From: Acidobacteriaceae bacterium
GTDB lineage: Bacteria > Acidobacteriota > Terriglobia > Terriglobales > Acidobacteriaceae
Direction: 5' to 3'
NCBI GenBank assembly: GCA_027343585.1
Contig: DAHWKP010000159.1
Location: 1 to 50,611, forward strand
DNA: 50,611 nt
Below the pieces are notes generated by a model that was given only the letters and a program-made list of their open reading frames with translations, was not told where the DNA came from and made no database searches. The translations under genes were made by a program, and so were the position numbers. Shown here piece after piece: positions 1-9,564 of the stretch. Within the stretch, counting starts at the first letter, position 1. Every line of letters begins with the position of its first letter.

Positions 1-878
1 ATGGCGGCGAGCACAGGCAGGCAGAGCGCGCTGCCTTCCGGGCCGGTGGCTCCTCCGCTGAGCCAAAGCGGGCCGTGCGCATGCGCGGTCAAGCGGCGGC
101 CTTGGGAGAGAATGCCACTGTCCGGCGTGCCGTAGAAAAAAGATTCCGCCCAATCCCAAGCCGCGTGGAAGCCGATGGCCCACCACAAGGAGCCGATGCG
201 ACGCAGGCTGAGGCTGAAGAGCAGAGCGATGAGCGCAGCGGTGATGAGGCCGATGGGACTTTCACCGGGATTGGTCTTGTGCAGCGAGCTGAAGACGATG
301 GCCAGCACCAACGCCGCAGGCCAAAAACCAATGCCGCGCGCCAGGGTCTGGAGCAGATAGCCGCGCAGCAATAGTTCTTCTGTACAGCCGACGAGCAAAA
401 ATGCGCAGCCCCAGAGCAGGGCCGAGCGCCAGAGCGCAGGTGCGGTGAGCGTGGGCGCATCCAGTTGCATGTGGTGCGTGAGCAGAAGCAGCAGGACGAG
501 CAGCGATAAAAATCCAAAGCCAGTGAGCAGCCCGGTGAAAAAATTCCGCGAACGGCTGGGGCCAGTGAGTCCATAGCTGAAGAGAGCGCGGCCTTCCAAA
601 CGCGCCATGCCGAAGGTGGCCAGCAGCGTGGAGAAGAGCAGGATGGATTCGCTGAGCAGCGCGACTCCGGGGCGCAGACCGTCAGCGCCAATGGGATGCA
701 GTTGCAGATGCCAGTGCCGGGCCAGCACGCCGCTGACGGCGGACAAAGCGAACAGCGCCAGCAGAAAGATGCAGGCGAAGAGCAGCGCGCTCCAGCCCGC
801 GCGCAGGCCCTGTGCGTTGCAAAAGAGAGTGTGCAGAGGTTCTCGATGCGGAGCGGAAGGCTCTGGCGGTGTGTTCAT
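1..878 (-). CDS. CPBP family intramembrane glutamic endopeptidase (CAAX-protease-like); 3' end runs off the window
   Basis: Not in the supplied track because it is open at the window edge. Manual reverse-strand translation from the ATG at 878-876 gives MNTPPEPSAPHREPLHTLF... It shows several hydrophobic helices and the CPBP motifs EELLLRGY (EExxxR), FSSLH (FxxxH) and HAAWD. The frame stays open to position 1. Confidence 0.7.
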   Translation of the reverse strand, partial: MNTPPEPSAPHREPLHTLFCNAQGLRAGWSALLFACIFLLALFALSAVSGVLARHWHLQLHPIGADGLRPGVALLSESILLFSTLLATFGMARLEGRALFSYGLTGPSRSRNFFTGLLTGFGFLSLLVLLLLLTHHMQLDAPTLTAPALWRSALLWGCAFLLVGCTEELLLRGYLLQTLARGIGFWPAALVLAIVFSSLHKTNPGESPIGLITAALIALLFSLSLRRIGSLWWAIGFHAAWDWAESFFYGTPDSGILSQGRRLTAHAHGPLWLSGGATGPEGSALCLPVLAA

Positions 879-1005
879 GCGGCAAGCGTACCTCGCTGGT
901 GAGTATAGCTGTCTGGGCAGAATTGCAGCCAATACATCGCGCGGCTTGACACAATGGCGCTGGGCGGCAATGCTAAGGGATTCACCCGGATTTTTTTGAT
1001 CACGC

Positions 1006-2046
1006 GTGTGCGCAGCACGCGATGGAGTTGACTGGCCCGTGAAGGTTCGCATTTTTTACCACGACAAATGTTTTGATGGCGCATGTTCTGCCTCCCTGTT
1101 CGCGCGGTTTCATCGTGAGTGCATCGCGCCGAAGTCTGGCCAGAAAGTGGAGTACGGCTTTCATGGGTTGGTTCACCGGGCGGGCGCGCTGTTTGACGAC
1201 CGCGATTTTACCGGCGACGAAAATGCGATTGTGGACTTCAAATACTCGCCGTCTCCGGCGGTGACCTGGTGGTTTGACCATCATTTGAGCGCATTTCTGA
1301 CGCCGCAGGATCACGAACATTTTCTGGCCTCGCAACAACTGCCTGCGGCGGAGCGCAGAAAGTTTTACGATCCAAACTCCGTTTCCTGCACCAGTTTTTT
1401 GGCGCGTGTGGCGGCGGAGCAATTCGGCATGGATGTGCGTCCGCTTGCTGAGCTGGTGCGCTGGGCCGACATTGTGGATGGAGCGCTGTACGCCAGCCCG
1501 GAGGCGGCGGTGGAGATGGCCGAACCAGCGATGAAGCTGACGATGGCTATCGAGTCCGTGCAGGATGCTGGGTTTGTGCCGCGCCTGATTCCGCTGCTGA
1601 CAGAAAAAAGCCTGGCAGAGATCTTGCACGAGCCGCTGGTGGCCAACGAGATGCCAGCCTTGCTGGAGCGGCACGAGCAGTCGCTTCGCTTGATCCGCGA
1701 ACGCTCTCGTTGCGAACAGGGCACGATCTACTTTGACATCACGGATCATCCGCTGGAGGGATACAACAAATTCATTCCGTATTATCTGCACCCAGAGGCG
1801 ACCTATAGCATTGGGTTGAGCCGGTCGAGTTTCCGCACGAAGATTGCCGTGGGTTCAAATCCATGGACGAAGACGCCGCCGGAGAAGATGCTGAATCTGG
1901 CAACGATCTGCGAGCGGTATGGCGGCGGAGGCCATGCGCGCGTGGGAGCGATTTCTTTTCCGCGCGACAAGGATGATTTGGCGCGGGCGGCGGCTGCGGA
2001 GATTGTGGCCGAGTTGCGAGCGCACCACGCCAGCCTGCAGGCGTAA
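1006..2046 (+). CDS. DHH/DHHA1 family phosphoesterase (NrnB-like architecture)
   Basis: 346-aa ORF. N-terminal FYHDKCFDGACS resembles the DHH-family metal-binding motif and C-terminal GGGGHARVGA is the DHHA1 GGGH motif. The start could instead be the GTG at 1039. Confidence 0.7.
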   Translation: MCAARDGVDWPVKVRIFYHDKCFDGACSASLFARFHRECIAPKSGQKVEYGFHGLVHRAGALFDDRDFTGDENAIVDFKYSPSPAVTWWFDHHLSAFLTPQDHEHFLASQQLPAAERRKFYDPNSVSCTSFLARVAAEQFGMDVRPLAELVRWADIVDGALYASPEAAVEMAEPAMKLTMAIESVQDAGFVPRLIPLLTEKSLAEILHEPLVANEMPALLERHEQSLRLIRERSRCEQGTIYFDITDHPLEGYNKFIPYYLHPEATYSIGLSRSSFRTKIAVGSNPWTKTPPEKMLNLATICERYGGGGHARVGAISFPRDKDDLARAAAAEIVAELRAHHASLQA

Positions 2047-2070
2047 CGGAAAAATTTCCAAGGAGCGGCG

Positions 2071-2670
2071 ATGCCGAAGTATCACGTGCAATTTTTGCTG
2101 TCGGCCACTAGCGCCGTTCAGTTTCCTGCAACGGAGGCGCCCGAGGTGGCGTTTCTGGGGCGTTCCAACGTTGGCAAATCCAGCCTGATTAACGCGCTGC
2201 TGGGCGAACGGGCGGCGCGCGTTTCCTCCACGCCGGGCCGGACGCGGGCCATCAACTTTTTTGCGCTGCATGAGACGCAGAAGCAATTGCAGCCACGGAT
2301 GATTTTTGCGGATCTGCCGGGGTATGGCTACGCGAAGATTTCCAAGTCCATCTCCGCAGAGTGGCCGAAATTTATTGAGCCGTATTTGGCCGAGCGGCGG
2401 AGTCTGGCTCTGTGCGTCTGTCTGGTGGATTTAAATGTGCCGCCGCAGCAAAGTGATCTACAACTGGCGGAGTACTTGCAGCGCACCGGGCGCAGGATGT
2501 TAGTGGTGGGCACCAAGGCCGACCGGCTCTCTGGCAACGGGCTGACGCTTGCCAAGCGCGCATGGCAAGCAGCACTGTGCGTGGAGGGAATGCTGGCGCT
2601 TTCTGCACGCGAGGGCCGCGGCGTGGGCGAGTTGTGGCGCGCGATTCAAGAGTCCTGCGCGGCAAGTTGA
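2071..2670 (+). CDS. engB: ribosome biogenesis GTP-binding protein YsxC/EngB
   Basis: GTPase motifs G1 GRSNVGKSS, G3 DLPGYG and G4 TKADR. Length of 199 aa is typical. An AAGGAG Shine-Dalgarno sequence lies upstream of the ATG. Confidence 0.9.
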   Translation: MPKYHVQFLLSATSAVQFPATEAPEVAFLGRSNVGKSSLINALLGERAARVSSTPGRTRAINFFALHETQKQLQPRMIFADLPGYGYAKISKSISAEWPKFIEPYLAERRSLALCVCLVDLNVPPQQSDLQLAEYLQRTGRRMLVVGTKADRLSGNGLTLAKRAWQAALCVEGMLALSAREGRGVGELWRAIQESCAAS

Positions 2671-2723
2671 GTGCAGGGCCAACCACCATTGTTCAAGCAA
2701 GTTAGCGAAATTACTTCGCCTTC

Positions 2724-3824
2724 TTACTGCCGAGCGGAGTGTTCCAGCGCCAAGTGCAATAATTCGCTAGCCACCAAGTCGTAGTTATGCCGCAGCACAT
2801 TCCCTTCAAAGGCAAAATTTCCAGGAACGCAGCGCACGCCCAGCGCCTCAATGCGAGCGATGTCCGCCTCAATGGGAGCGGCACCCTGCGCGGCGTAGCG
2901 CTCCAACAACACGGGGGAGATGGGCGCAATGTTGACCAAGGCGCAATCGAAGATGGGTGCGCGCGCGTGGTCGTAAATTCGCTCAATGTGCTGCGATGCG
3001 CTCAGGCCGAGACTTTCGTTGGCCTGCGTCATTAGATTGCAGATATAGACGCGCAGACCCCGTGCTGCAGCCAGCGCATCGGCTATGCCCGTAACGAGCA
3101 CATTTGTAATCAGGCTGGTGTAGAGCGAACCAGGACCAACGGTAATGAGGTCGGCCCGAGCAATGGCTTCGAGCGCCTCCGGCAGTGCGTGCGCCTCGGC
3201 TGGCTCCATGTGCAAACGCACAATGCGCCGCTTGCTGGCGGTAATGTTCGTTTCTCCATAGACAATGGAGCCGTCGTCCATCTCTGCGGAGAGGGTTACA
3301 TCCTGCGTAGTGGCTGGATAGAGGCGTCCGCGGGTGGCCAAGATCTGCGAAGACATTTTGACAGCGAGGGCAAAGTCCCCGGTAATCTCTGCCAGGCCGG
3401 CTAAAAATAAATTGCCAAAGTTGTGGCCTTCGAGACCTGCACCCGATTCAAAGCGATATTGAAACAGCCGCGAGAGCAGGTGCTCATCCTCAGAAAGCGC
3501 GACCATGCAATTGCGCAAATCTCCCGGGGGCAGCGTGTTCATATCGCGGCGCAAGCGGCCACTGGAGCCACCGTCATCGGTGACGGTAACAATGCCTGCC
3601 AAATCAGAAATGGTGTGCAGGATTGGATGGGCTGGGGTCTTGGACGGATCCGTTGCGGTCGCCGTGGGCGGGGGCACGTGCTGCTTCAAGCCCCGCAGCA
3701 GCGTGGAAAGCCCTGTACCACCACCGATGGCGGTCACGCGCAAAGACGACGAGGACAATTGCGCCTCAGGCTGAGTGGCTTGCCGCTCGGCCGCCGTACC
3801 GCGCACTGCATTGTGCCTAGCCAT
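2724..3824 (-). CDS. yvcK: YvcK-like gluconeogenesis factor / CofD-family protein (UPF0052)
   Basis: Motifs AIGGGTGLSTLLRGLK and VTVTDDGGSSGRLR are typical of the YvcK/CofD family. The track ORF starts at a TTG (3848) that overlaps the upstream stop codon, so I prefer the ATG at 3824 (MARHNAV...). Confidence 0.85.
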   Translation of the reverse strand: MARHNAVRGTAAERQATQPEAQLSSSSLRVTAIGGGTGLSTLLRGLKQHVPPPTATATDPSKTPAHPILHTISDLAGIVTVTDDGGSSGRLRRDMNTLPPGDLRNCMVALSEDEHLLSRLFQYRFESGAGLEGHNFGNLFLAGLAEITGDFALAVKMSSQILATRGRLYPATTQDVTLSAEMDDGSIVYGETNITASKRRIVRLHMEPAEAHALPEALEAIARADLITVGPGSLYTSLITNVLVTGIADALAAARGLRVYICNLMTQANESLGLSASQHIERIYDHARAPIFDCALVNIAPISPVLLERYAAQGAAPIEADIARIEALGVRCVPGNFAFEGNVLRHNYDLVASELLHLALEHSARQ

Positions 3825-3844
3825 TCCCGCCCCCGTTTCGGTTC

Positions 3845-4402
3845 TCAAACAATCTCTGGGTACAACAACTCCGTAAAACGCGGGTCGTCAGCCATATCTT
3901 GAAAATCGGAATCATTCCGCGCCTGCACGCGATTGTTGGCATTTAAGCGAATCGCCTCGCTCAGATGCTGGAGGCATTCCTCGATGCGTCCGGTCAGGCT
4001 CGCCAGCACGGCCAAGCCGTAATAGGCAAAGTCCGCAGTGGGACGTTCTTTCAGAATGGCGTTCAAATGCTCGCGGGCATCCTCATAAAAGCCGGTATTG
4101 AGCAAGGAAATGGCATAGTCATAGCGTTCTTCCAAGCTGCCGAAGCTGCGACTTTTGCGTTCCATCTGCCGGGAACAGGCGACCAAATGCACGCGGATGC
4201 GTTCGGCCAAATCTGCGGCATCGCTCTTTAGGATGGCTTCAAAGGCCGTCTTGGCCTTATCCATCTTGCCCTCTTGAAACAGCTTCATGGCCGTTTCGTA
4301 TTGATGCAGTAATTGCGCCCGTGCCGGATCCGTGCTGGGTTTGCTGCGCCCGGCCAACGTGCGCACCTTTTGTGCGTCCTTCTTGTCCCGAACATCTTTC
4401 AT
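3845..4402 (-). CDS. tetratricopeptide repeat protein
   Basis: 185-aa helical protein with TPR-like A/Y/L periodicity (YYGLAVLASLTGRIEECLQHLSEAIRLN, AISLLNTGFYEDAREHLNAILK). It sits immediately upstream of yvcK on the same strand. Confidence 0.6.
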   Translation of the reverse strand: MKDVRDKKDAQKVRTLAGRSKPSTDPARAQLLHQYETAMKLFQEGKMDKAKTAFEAILKSDAADLAERIRVHLVACSRQMERKSRSFGSLEERYDYAISLLNTGFYEDAREHLNAILKERPTADFAYYGLAVLASLTGRIEECLQHLSEAIRLNANNRVQARNDSDFQDMADDPRFTELLYPEIV

Positions 4403-4651
4403 ACAGGCAACTCTCTGGGTATCTTCAAACGAAACTGCTGCATACTGGCGGCAATCACGGTCCCCGTAAACGTAACAGGATTGCTCACAATCTGCAACGA
4501 AGCAATTGCACTCCTAAAAACTTAATCGGAACTATACCAGCGCGAGCAATGTTTTGCATGAGACGCTGGGAAGCCTGTCCATTCACGAAGCAACAGGTTG
4601 CCTGCCGCGACTTTCCCCTTGGCTGCGGTGCTAAACTGTAGGAGAAAATAT

Positions 4652-5893
4652 ATGCCCGCCATCACCCGCAGAAAAACCGCCACCGCCCTTGTCGGCAACG
4701 TTCGCATCGGCTCGGATGCGCCTGTCGCAGTGCAGTCAATGACCAATACCGACACCGCCGATGTTGTCGGCACCATCGAACAGGTGGCCGCACTGCATCG
4801 TGCCGGCTCGGAGCTGGTGCGCGTCACCGTAAACAATGACGACGCAGCCAAGGCCGTGCCGCATATTGTTGAAGGGTTGGCCAAGCAGGGCGTGCATGTG
4901 CCGATCGTGGGCGACTTCCACTACAACGGGCATCTGCTGCTGAAAAAATATCCAGCCTGCGCCCGTGCGCTGGCCAAGTACCGCATCAACCCGGGCAATG
5001 TCTCCATTGGCCGCAAAGACGATGACAACTTCCGCACCATGATTGACTGCGCGGTGGAGAATCAAAAGCCGGTGCGCATTGGCGTCAACTGGGGTTCGCT
5101 CGATCAATCGCTGCTGACGCGCATGATGGATGAAAATTCCCGCCTGGCCGAGCCGCTGGACGCGCGCGATGTGACCATGGAGGCCATGGTGGTCAGCGCG
5201 CTGCAATCAGCCAAGATCGCCGAAGAGAGTGGCCTGCGCCACGATCAAATTATTTTGAGCGCCAAGGTCAGCGGCGTGCGCGACCTGCTCGACGTTTACA
5301 CCATGTTGGCTGCGCGCTGCGATTACCCGCTGCATCTGGGCCTGACCGAGGCTGGACTGGGCATGAAGGGCATCGTGGCCTCGACTGCCGGTCTGGCACC
5401 GTTGCTGCTGGCTGGCATTGGAGACACAATTCGCGTCAGCTTGACGCCCAAGCCCGGCGGCGACCGCACGGAAGAGGTGCAGGTGGCCCAGCAGATTCTG
5501 CAATCGCTGAGCATTCGCAGCTTTACGCCGCAGGTGACCGCCTGCCCCGGCTGCGGACGCACCACCAGCACGTATTTTCAAGAGCTGGCGCAGCAGATCC
5601 AAGGCTACTTGCGCGAGTCCATGCCAGAATGGCGCAAGAAGTATCCGGGCGTTGAGGAGTTGAAGCTGGCCGTGATGGGCTGCGTGGTCAACGGCCCCGG
5701 CGAATCCAAACACGCCAACATTGGCATCTCGCTGCCGGGCACGTTTGAGGAGCCAAAGGCTCCTGTCTACGTGGATGGACGCCTGATGACCACGCTACGC
5801 GGTGACCACATCGTTGCTGAGTTCAAAAAGATTCTCGACGAATATGTGGAGACACGCTACGGCAAGTCTGCGGAGCTGGCGGGCGTCCAATAA
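4652..5893 (+). CDS. ispG: 4-hydroxy-3-methylbut-2-en-1-yl diphosphate synthase (flavodoxin)
   Basis: MPAITRRKT...VAVQSMTNT at the N-terminus, and the Fe-S cysteine motifs CPGCGRT and [14 protein letters not shown] at 4641-4644 precedes the ATG at 4652. The track's upstream start at 4598 is unlikely. Confidence 0.95.
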   Translation: MPAITRRKTATALVGNVRIGSDAPVAVQSMTNTDTADVVGTIEQVAALHRAGSELVRVTVNNDDAAKAVPHIVEGLAKQGVHVPIVGDFHYNGHLLLKKYPACARALAKYRINPGNVSIGRKDDDNFRTMIDCAVENQKPVRIGVNWGSLDQSLLTRMMDENSRLAEPLDARDVTMEAMVVSALQSAKIAEESGLRHDQIILSAKVSGVRDLLDVYTMLAARCDYPLHLGLTEAGLGMKGIVASTAGLAPLLLAGIGDTIRVSLTPKPGGDRTEEVQVAQQILQSLSIRSFTPQVTACPGCGRTTSTYFQELAQQIQGYLRESMPEWRKKYPGVEELKLAVMGCVVNGPGESKHANIGISLPGTFEEPKAPVYVDGRLMTTLRGDHIVAEFKKILDEYVETRYGKSAELAGVQ

Positions 5894-5912
5894 ATCGGCT
5901 GGAGACTCTTGG

Positions 5913-6410
5913 ATGCGCGAGCTGCGTTTCTTCTCCCTCCTGCTCACTGCGTCTTTCTGTGCGGCGTCCAGCGCGGCGGCCAGCAGTGCCTGCATCCAAC
6001 CCGATCAGGCATTGCAGCATGTGGGCAAGGATGTCTGCGTGCAAGCGCATGTCTACCGCGTGGTGGATGCCGCGCAACAAACGCGCTTCCTGGACGTCTG
6101 CAGCCCGGAGACTCGCGATGCGGACTGCCACTTCTTCATCGTCAGCCTGCATCGGGACGCCAAAAATGTAGGCGATCTGTCTGCATTGTCCCATCGGAAC
6201 ATTCACATTCGCGGACGTGTGCGCCTGGTGGAAGGCCGCGCTGAGATTGTGCTCAGCCGCAAAGAACAGCTGCATGGGGGCAAAGAAAAGTTTCGCGCCA
6301 ATCCAAAATTACTGCAAAATTTTGCGGCGGAAAACGGCGACGCTGCCATCGTGAGCAAAAATGGAACCAGCGGTCAGCACGGAGTCCACTTTCAACACGG
6401 CGTGCGATAA
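5913..6410 (+). CDS. hypothetical secreted protein (signal peptide, 4 Cys)
   Basis: An internal ATG at 5913, preceded by GGAG (5901-5904), gives MRELRFFSLLLTASFCAASSAAASSA, which looks like a signal peptide. I recognise no family. The track start at 5802 overlaps ispG. Confidence 0.5.
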   Translation: MRELRFFSLLLTASFCAASSAAASSACIQPDQALQHVGKDVCVQAHVYRVVDAAQQTRFLDVCSPETRDADCHFFIVSLHRDAKNVGDLSALSHRNIHIRGRVRLVEGRAEIVLSRKEQLHGGKEKFRANPKLLQNFAAENGDAAIVSKNGTSGQHGVHFQHGVR

Positions 6411-6421
6411 AGCACATTGCA

Positions 6422-7660
6422 TCACCGAAGATCTTGCACCGCCGTACTGCCGGGCTTTTGCGTATTGGCCATCTTTCGCAGCGTGGCCAGCGGATAGAGC
6501 GTGCCCCGCCACAACACACCGCCACGCCAGAGGATGAGCGTCATCGAACGCAACATCGTATACGCAAACAGCAGGGATCCGAACGGAAAGAAATATAAGT
6601 TCAGCGGAGAGATGCGGGTTTGTGGCCAATAGCGCAGATGGAGGAGCGCCATGGCCAGGAATGTGGCACCCCCGGCCCAACGCGCCGGGCCAGGCGCAAA
6701 AAGCGCAACCACCGGCGTGAGACAGAGCAACAAAATCCCCGCGCACGCCGCCAGTAATAAGGGCACGCGATAGCGGAAGGCCGCAAACATATTCTTGGAA
6801 AGGTTGTGTACCACGCCGAGCGCGCCTTCTGCCCAGCGCACGCGCACCATGTCGCGGCCAAAGGCGGAACGCTGCGCGAAACCTGCTTGTTTTACGCAGT
6901 AGCCGAGACGCATGTCTTCGAGAACTTCCATCGGCATGGCCGCGAAGCCGCCGAGTTGTTCGTACACCTCGCGGCGAATCAGATTGAAGGCACCCACCCC
7001 GATAAAGTCGCGCTTGGCACGCGGATTGGCGATCTGCCACGGACGCCCCGCCCAGACGGAAAAGCACTGAAAAAATCCAAGGAAACCACGCTCATCCCAG
7101 CGGCGCAAAATCAGCGTTGGGTAGACGACCATGTGATCGGCCTGCGTTTCCACCGCGCAGGCCAAGGCGCGACGCAACACGTCGGGAGCAAAGAAAATGT
7201 CGGCATCGGTAAAGAGCAGCCATTCGGACTGCGCCAACTGCGCAGCCTGAGCCATGGCGTGCGGTTTGCCCAGCCATCTCTGCGGCAGCGCGTCGATGTG
7301 CAGCACGCGCAAACGACCCTGTGCGATGGCTTCGCTGGCCACCCGTTCCATCTGTGCGCCGGTTGCGTCGGTCGAACGATCGTTGACGGCAATGACCTGC
7401 AAGTTGGCATATTCGCTGGAGAGCAGAACACGCAGCGCTGCGGCGATCGATGCCTCCTCATTGCACGCTGGCACGATAACGGTGAGCGATGGCGGCAACA
7501 CGTTCCGGGAGGCAGTATCAAATTTTTCGTCGTGCAGATTGGGAATGCGCGGCAGCAAAAAAAGTGCGGGCAAAATACGCCAGAGCCATGCCACAGAAAT
7601 TACGCAGGCAAGGACAACAAAAACACGCGAGGCGAGCAGAGTGTGGATGCAAGGAATCAT
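6422..7660 (-). CDS. membrane-bound glycosyltransferase family 2
   Basis: N-terminal TM helix, then VIVPACNEE...VNDRSTD...GKPHAM...LLFTDAD (GT2 DxD-type core), then several C-terminal hydrophobic helices. Confidence 0.8.
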   Translation of the reverse strand: MIPCIHTLLASRVFVVLACVISVAWLWRILPALFLLPRIPNLHDEKFDTASRNVLPPSLTVIVPACNEEASIAAALRVLLSSEYANLQVIAVNDRSTDATGAQMERVASEAIAQGRLRVLHIDALPQRWLGKPHAMAQAAQLAQSEWLLFTDADIFFAPDVLRRALACAVETQADHMVVYPTLILRRWDERGFLGFFQCFSVWAGRPWQIANPRAKRDFIGVGAFNLIRREVYEQLGGFAAMPMEVLEDMRLGYCVKQAGFAQRSAFGRDMVRVRWAEGALGVVHNLSKNMFAAFRYRVPLLLAACAGILLLCLTPVVALFAPGPARWAGGATFLAMALLHLRYWPQTRISPLNLYFFPFGSLLFAYTMLRSMTLILWRGGVLWRGTLYPLATLRKMANTQKPGSTAVQDLR

Positions 7661-7678
7661 GCGGCTACTTCAAGGTTC

Positions 7679-8971
7679 TCATGAATGCGCGGGGTGTGAA
7701 AATGACTCGTCGTGCGTCTCCAGCGGCGGAGCATAGCGCGCTCCCACCAGAAGGAAAGTGCCAGAAAGCAGCATGGTAACCAGCGTCAAGGCCAAACCCA
7801 TCGGCAGCGAGCTGTGGTCAGAGACCCAACCAATCAGGCGTGGCGAGGGTGCATCGCCCAGCGCGTGAATCGCAAACAACTCGATCGCAATTGCTGTCGA
7901 GCGCACCGGCGCGCTGACGGAGTTCACGATCGCCGCATTCAGCGGGCCGGTATTTAGAAAGAGTAGAAACTCCGCCGCAGCCAGCGCAGCCACCATGCCC
8001 GCACGCGGACCAAAGAACGTAAGCACTCCGGCGGGAATGGCCAACAGCACACTCCACGCAGAGAGCAAGTAGAGTGCGGCTGCATTGTGCCGGAGCCAGC
8101 GCTGCGCCAACCATCCGCCGAACCAGGTGCCCGCAATGCCGGTAACAACGGTGATCACACCCAGCAATTGATTCGCTGCGGGTAATGAGTAGCGGCCCGT
8201 GCGATAGAGAAATGTGGGCATCCACACCGAAATACCGCCCATGGAGAAGACCATCATGGCCATGCCGAGTGTGGCCGTCCAATAGGCTCGATTGCGCAAC
8301 AGGCCAGCCACTGTGGCGCGCGCAGGCGTGGCGGGCAAGTGTTCCGATGCGCCGCGCTGGGGTTCGCGCATCCAAAACAATACGGCAGCAGCCAGCGCAA
8401 TTCCCGGCAAGGCACAGAGATAAAACGGCGTCCGCCAACCATAGGCGCTGCCCAACGTCCCGCCCAAGATGTAGCCCAGCGCAGCGCCGACCGGCAGCGC
8501 GAGATAAAAGATGGTCAGGATGCGATTGCGCTCCTCCTCTGGCCAAAAGTCTGCAAGCAGCGCGGGCGCGAAGATGCCAAAACTGGCCTCTCCAATGCCC
8601 ACAATGGCGTGGCGCAAATACAAAGTGGCGTAGCTATGCACGGTGGCTGTGAGCAGCGTGGCCACGCTCCACAGCAGTGCTCCCAGAACGAGCAGCGGCT
8701 TGCGCGGGAAGCGGTCCCCCAGCCAGCCGGTGAATGGAGCAGCCAACATGTAGGTAATAAAAAATGCGTAGGTGAGTGCGCCCATACGCTCGTCGCTTAC
8801 GTGAAATTCGCGCTGCACCAGCGGCTGAACTCCGGGCAAAATGTAGCGGTCAATGTAGTTGAGCAGATTGAGTGCGGTGAGCAGCGCCAAGGCGACCCAC
8901 GCCGCACGCGGTACGGGTGTGTGCGTATGCGCGTGCTCGAATGGCTCTGGAGATGGCATCAGGGCCAGCAT
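7679..8971 (-). CDS. MFS transporter (Spinster-like)
   Basis: 430 aa with about 12 hydrophobic segments. An MFS-like loop motif GWLGDRFPRKP follows TM2. It lies 18 nt upstream of the GT2 gene on the same strand. Confidence 0.8.
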   Translation of the reverse strand: MLALMPSPEPFEHAHTHTPVPRAAWVALALLTALNLLNYIDRYILPGVQPLVQREFHVSDERMGALTYAFFITYMLAAPFTGWLGDRFPRKPLLVLGALLWSVATLLTATVHSYATLYLRHAIVGIGEASFGIFAPALLADFWPEEERNRILTIFYLALPVGAALGYILGGTLGSAYGWRTPFYLCALPGIALAAAVLFWMREPQRGASEHLPATPARATVAGLLRNRAYWTATLGMAMMVFSMGGISVWMPTFLYRTGRYSLPAANQLLGVITVVTGIAGTWFGGWLAQRWLRHNAAALYLLSAWSVLLAIPAGVLTFFGPRAGMVAALAAAEFLLFLNTGPLNAAIVNSVSAPVRSTAIAIELFAIHALGDAPSPRLIGWVSDHSSLPMGLALTLVTMLLSGTFLLVGARYAPPLETHDESFSHPAHS

Positions 8972-9063
8972 AGCAGCAGCCAGGATGGGGGTCTGCGATG
9001 CAATTCGATTTGCGCAGCTTTGCTACGAATCGCTCTCGATGACGTTCCGCGACCGATGTGCAG

Positions 9064-9468
9064 TTATTTCGCTTCCGGGCGGGGCCAGCGCGCTTCCACC
9101 ACGGTCGAGATGCCGCCGCGTGGGCGGAAGTCTCCCTTCACAATGGCCCAGACCGGGTCGCAAGCCTTAACCACATCGACGAGCACTTGGTTGACGATAT
9201 TCTCTTGAAAGATGCCCAGATTGCGGTAACTGAAGAGATATTCCTTCCAAGACTTCAGCTCCAAACAGCGGGCGCGCGGCATGTAGCGCAACGTGATGAC
9301 ACCAAAGTCTGGCAGGCTGGTCTTGGGGCAGACGGAGGTGAACTCTGGATCGTCAATAAGGATTTCGTAGGCCGGAAATTGATTCGGCCAGGTCTCTATG
9401 GCCGGAAAGGCAAAGTCGAGTCCGGCTTTGGCGTGGTCGTCCGTGTAGCGCGGAGTGGGAGCGGTCAT
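9064..9468 (-). CDS. queF: NADPH-dependent 7-cyano-7-deazaguanine reductase (unimodular QueF)
   Basis: 134-aa product from the internal ATG at 9468. It carries the catalytic-Cys motif FTSVCPKTSLPDFG and the QueF motif ELKSWKEYLFSYR. The longer 267-aa track ORF has an implausible Cys/His/Arg-rich N-terminus. Confidence 0.9.
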   Translation of the reverse strand: MTAPTPRYTDDHAKAGLDFAFPAIETWPNQFPAYEILIDDPEFTSVCPKTSLPDFGVITLRYMPRARCLELKSWKEYLFSYRNLGIFQENIVNQVLVDVVKACDPVWAIVKGDFRPRGGISTVVEARWPRPEAK

Positions 9469-9564
9469 GTTCCCATTGTACCGGGGGGACGCAGGCAGGT
9501 GTCGTGCAAGAGTCCTGCATCCATTTTGGGTTTGGCGCGTCCTATATACTGGCCTTTGACCTCC

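Noticed and set aside
75-999. Track ORFs 75-374 (+), 89-691 (-), 175-360 (+), 607-999 (+), 682-954 (-) and 696-902 (+)
   Set aside because: They are out of frame or antisense to the edge-truncated CPBP protease frame. That frame shows EExxxR/FxxxH/HxxxD motifs and coherent TM helices.
9058-9564. First 169 aa of the 593-aa plus-strand ORF
   Set aside because: It is exactly antisense to queF, which has clear family motifs. The adaptor protein's TM anchor begins right after the ATG at 9565.
9469-9564. preQ1 riboswitch or leaderless promoter for queF
   Set aside because: There is no hairpin plus A-rich tail (AAAAAACUA-like) typical of preQ1-I. A TACAAT hexamer lies 6 nt upstream of the queF ATG (minus strand, 9480-9475) and hints at a leaderless transcript. 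No acceptable -35 or extended -10 accompanies it, so I do not call it.
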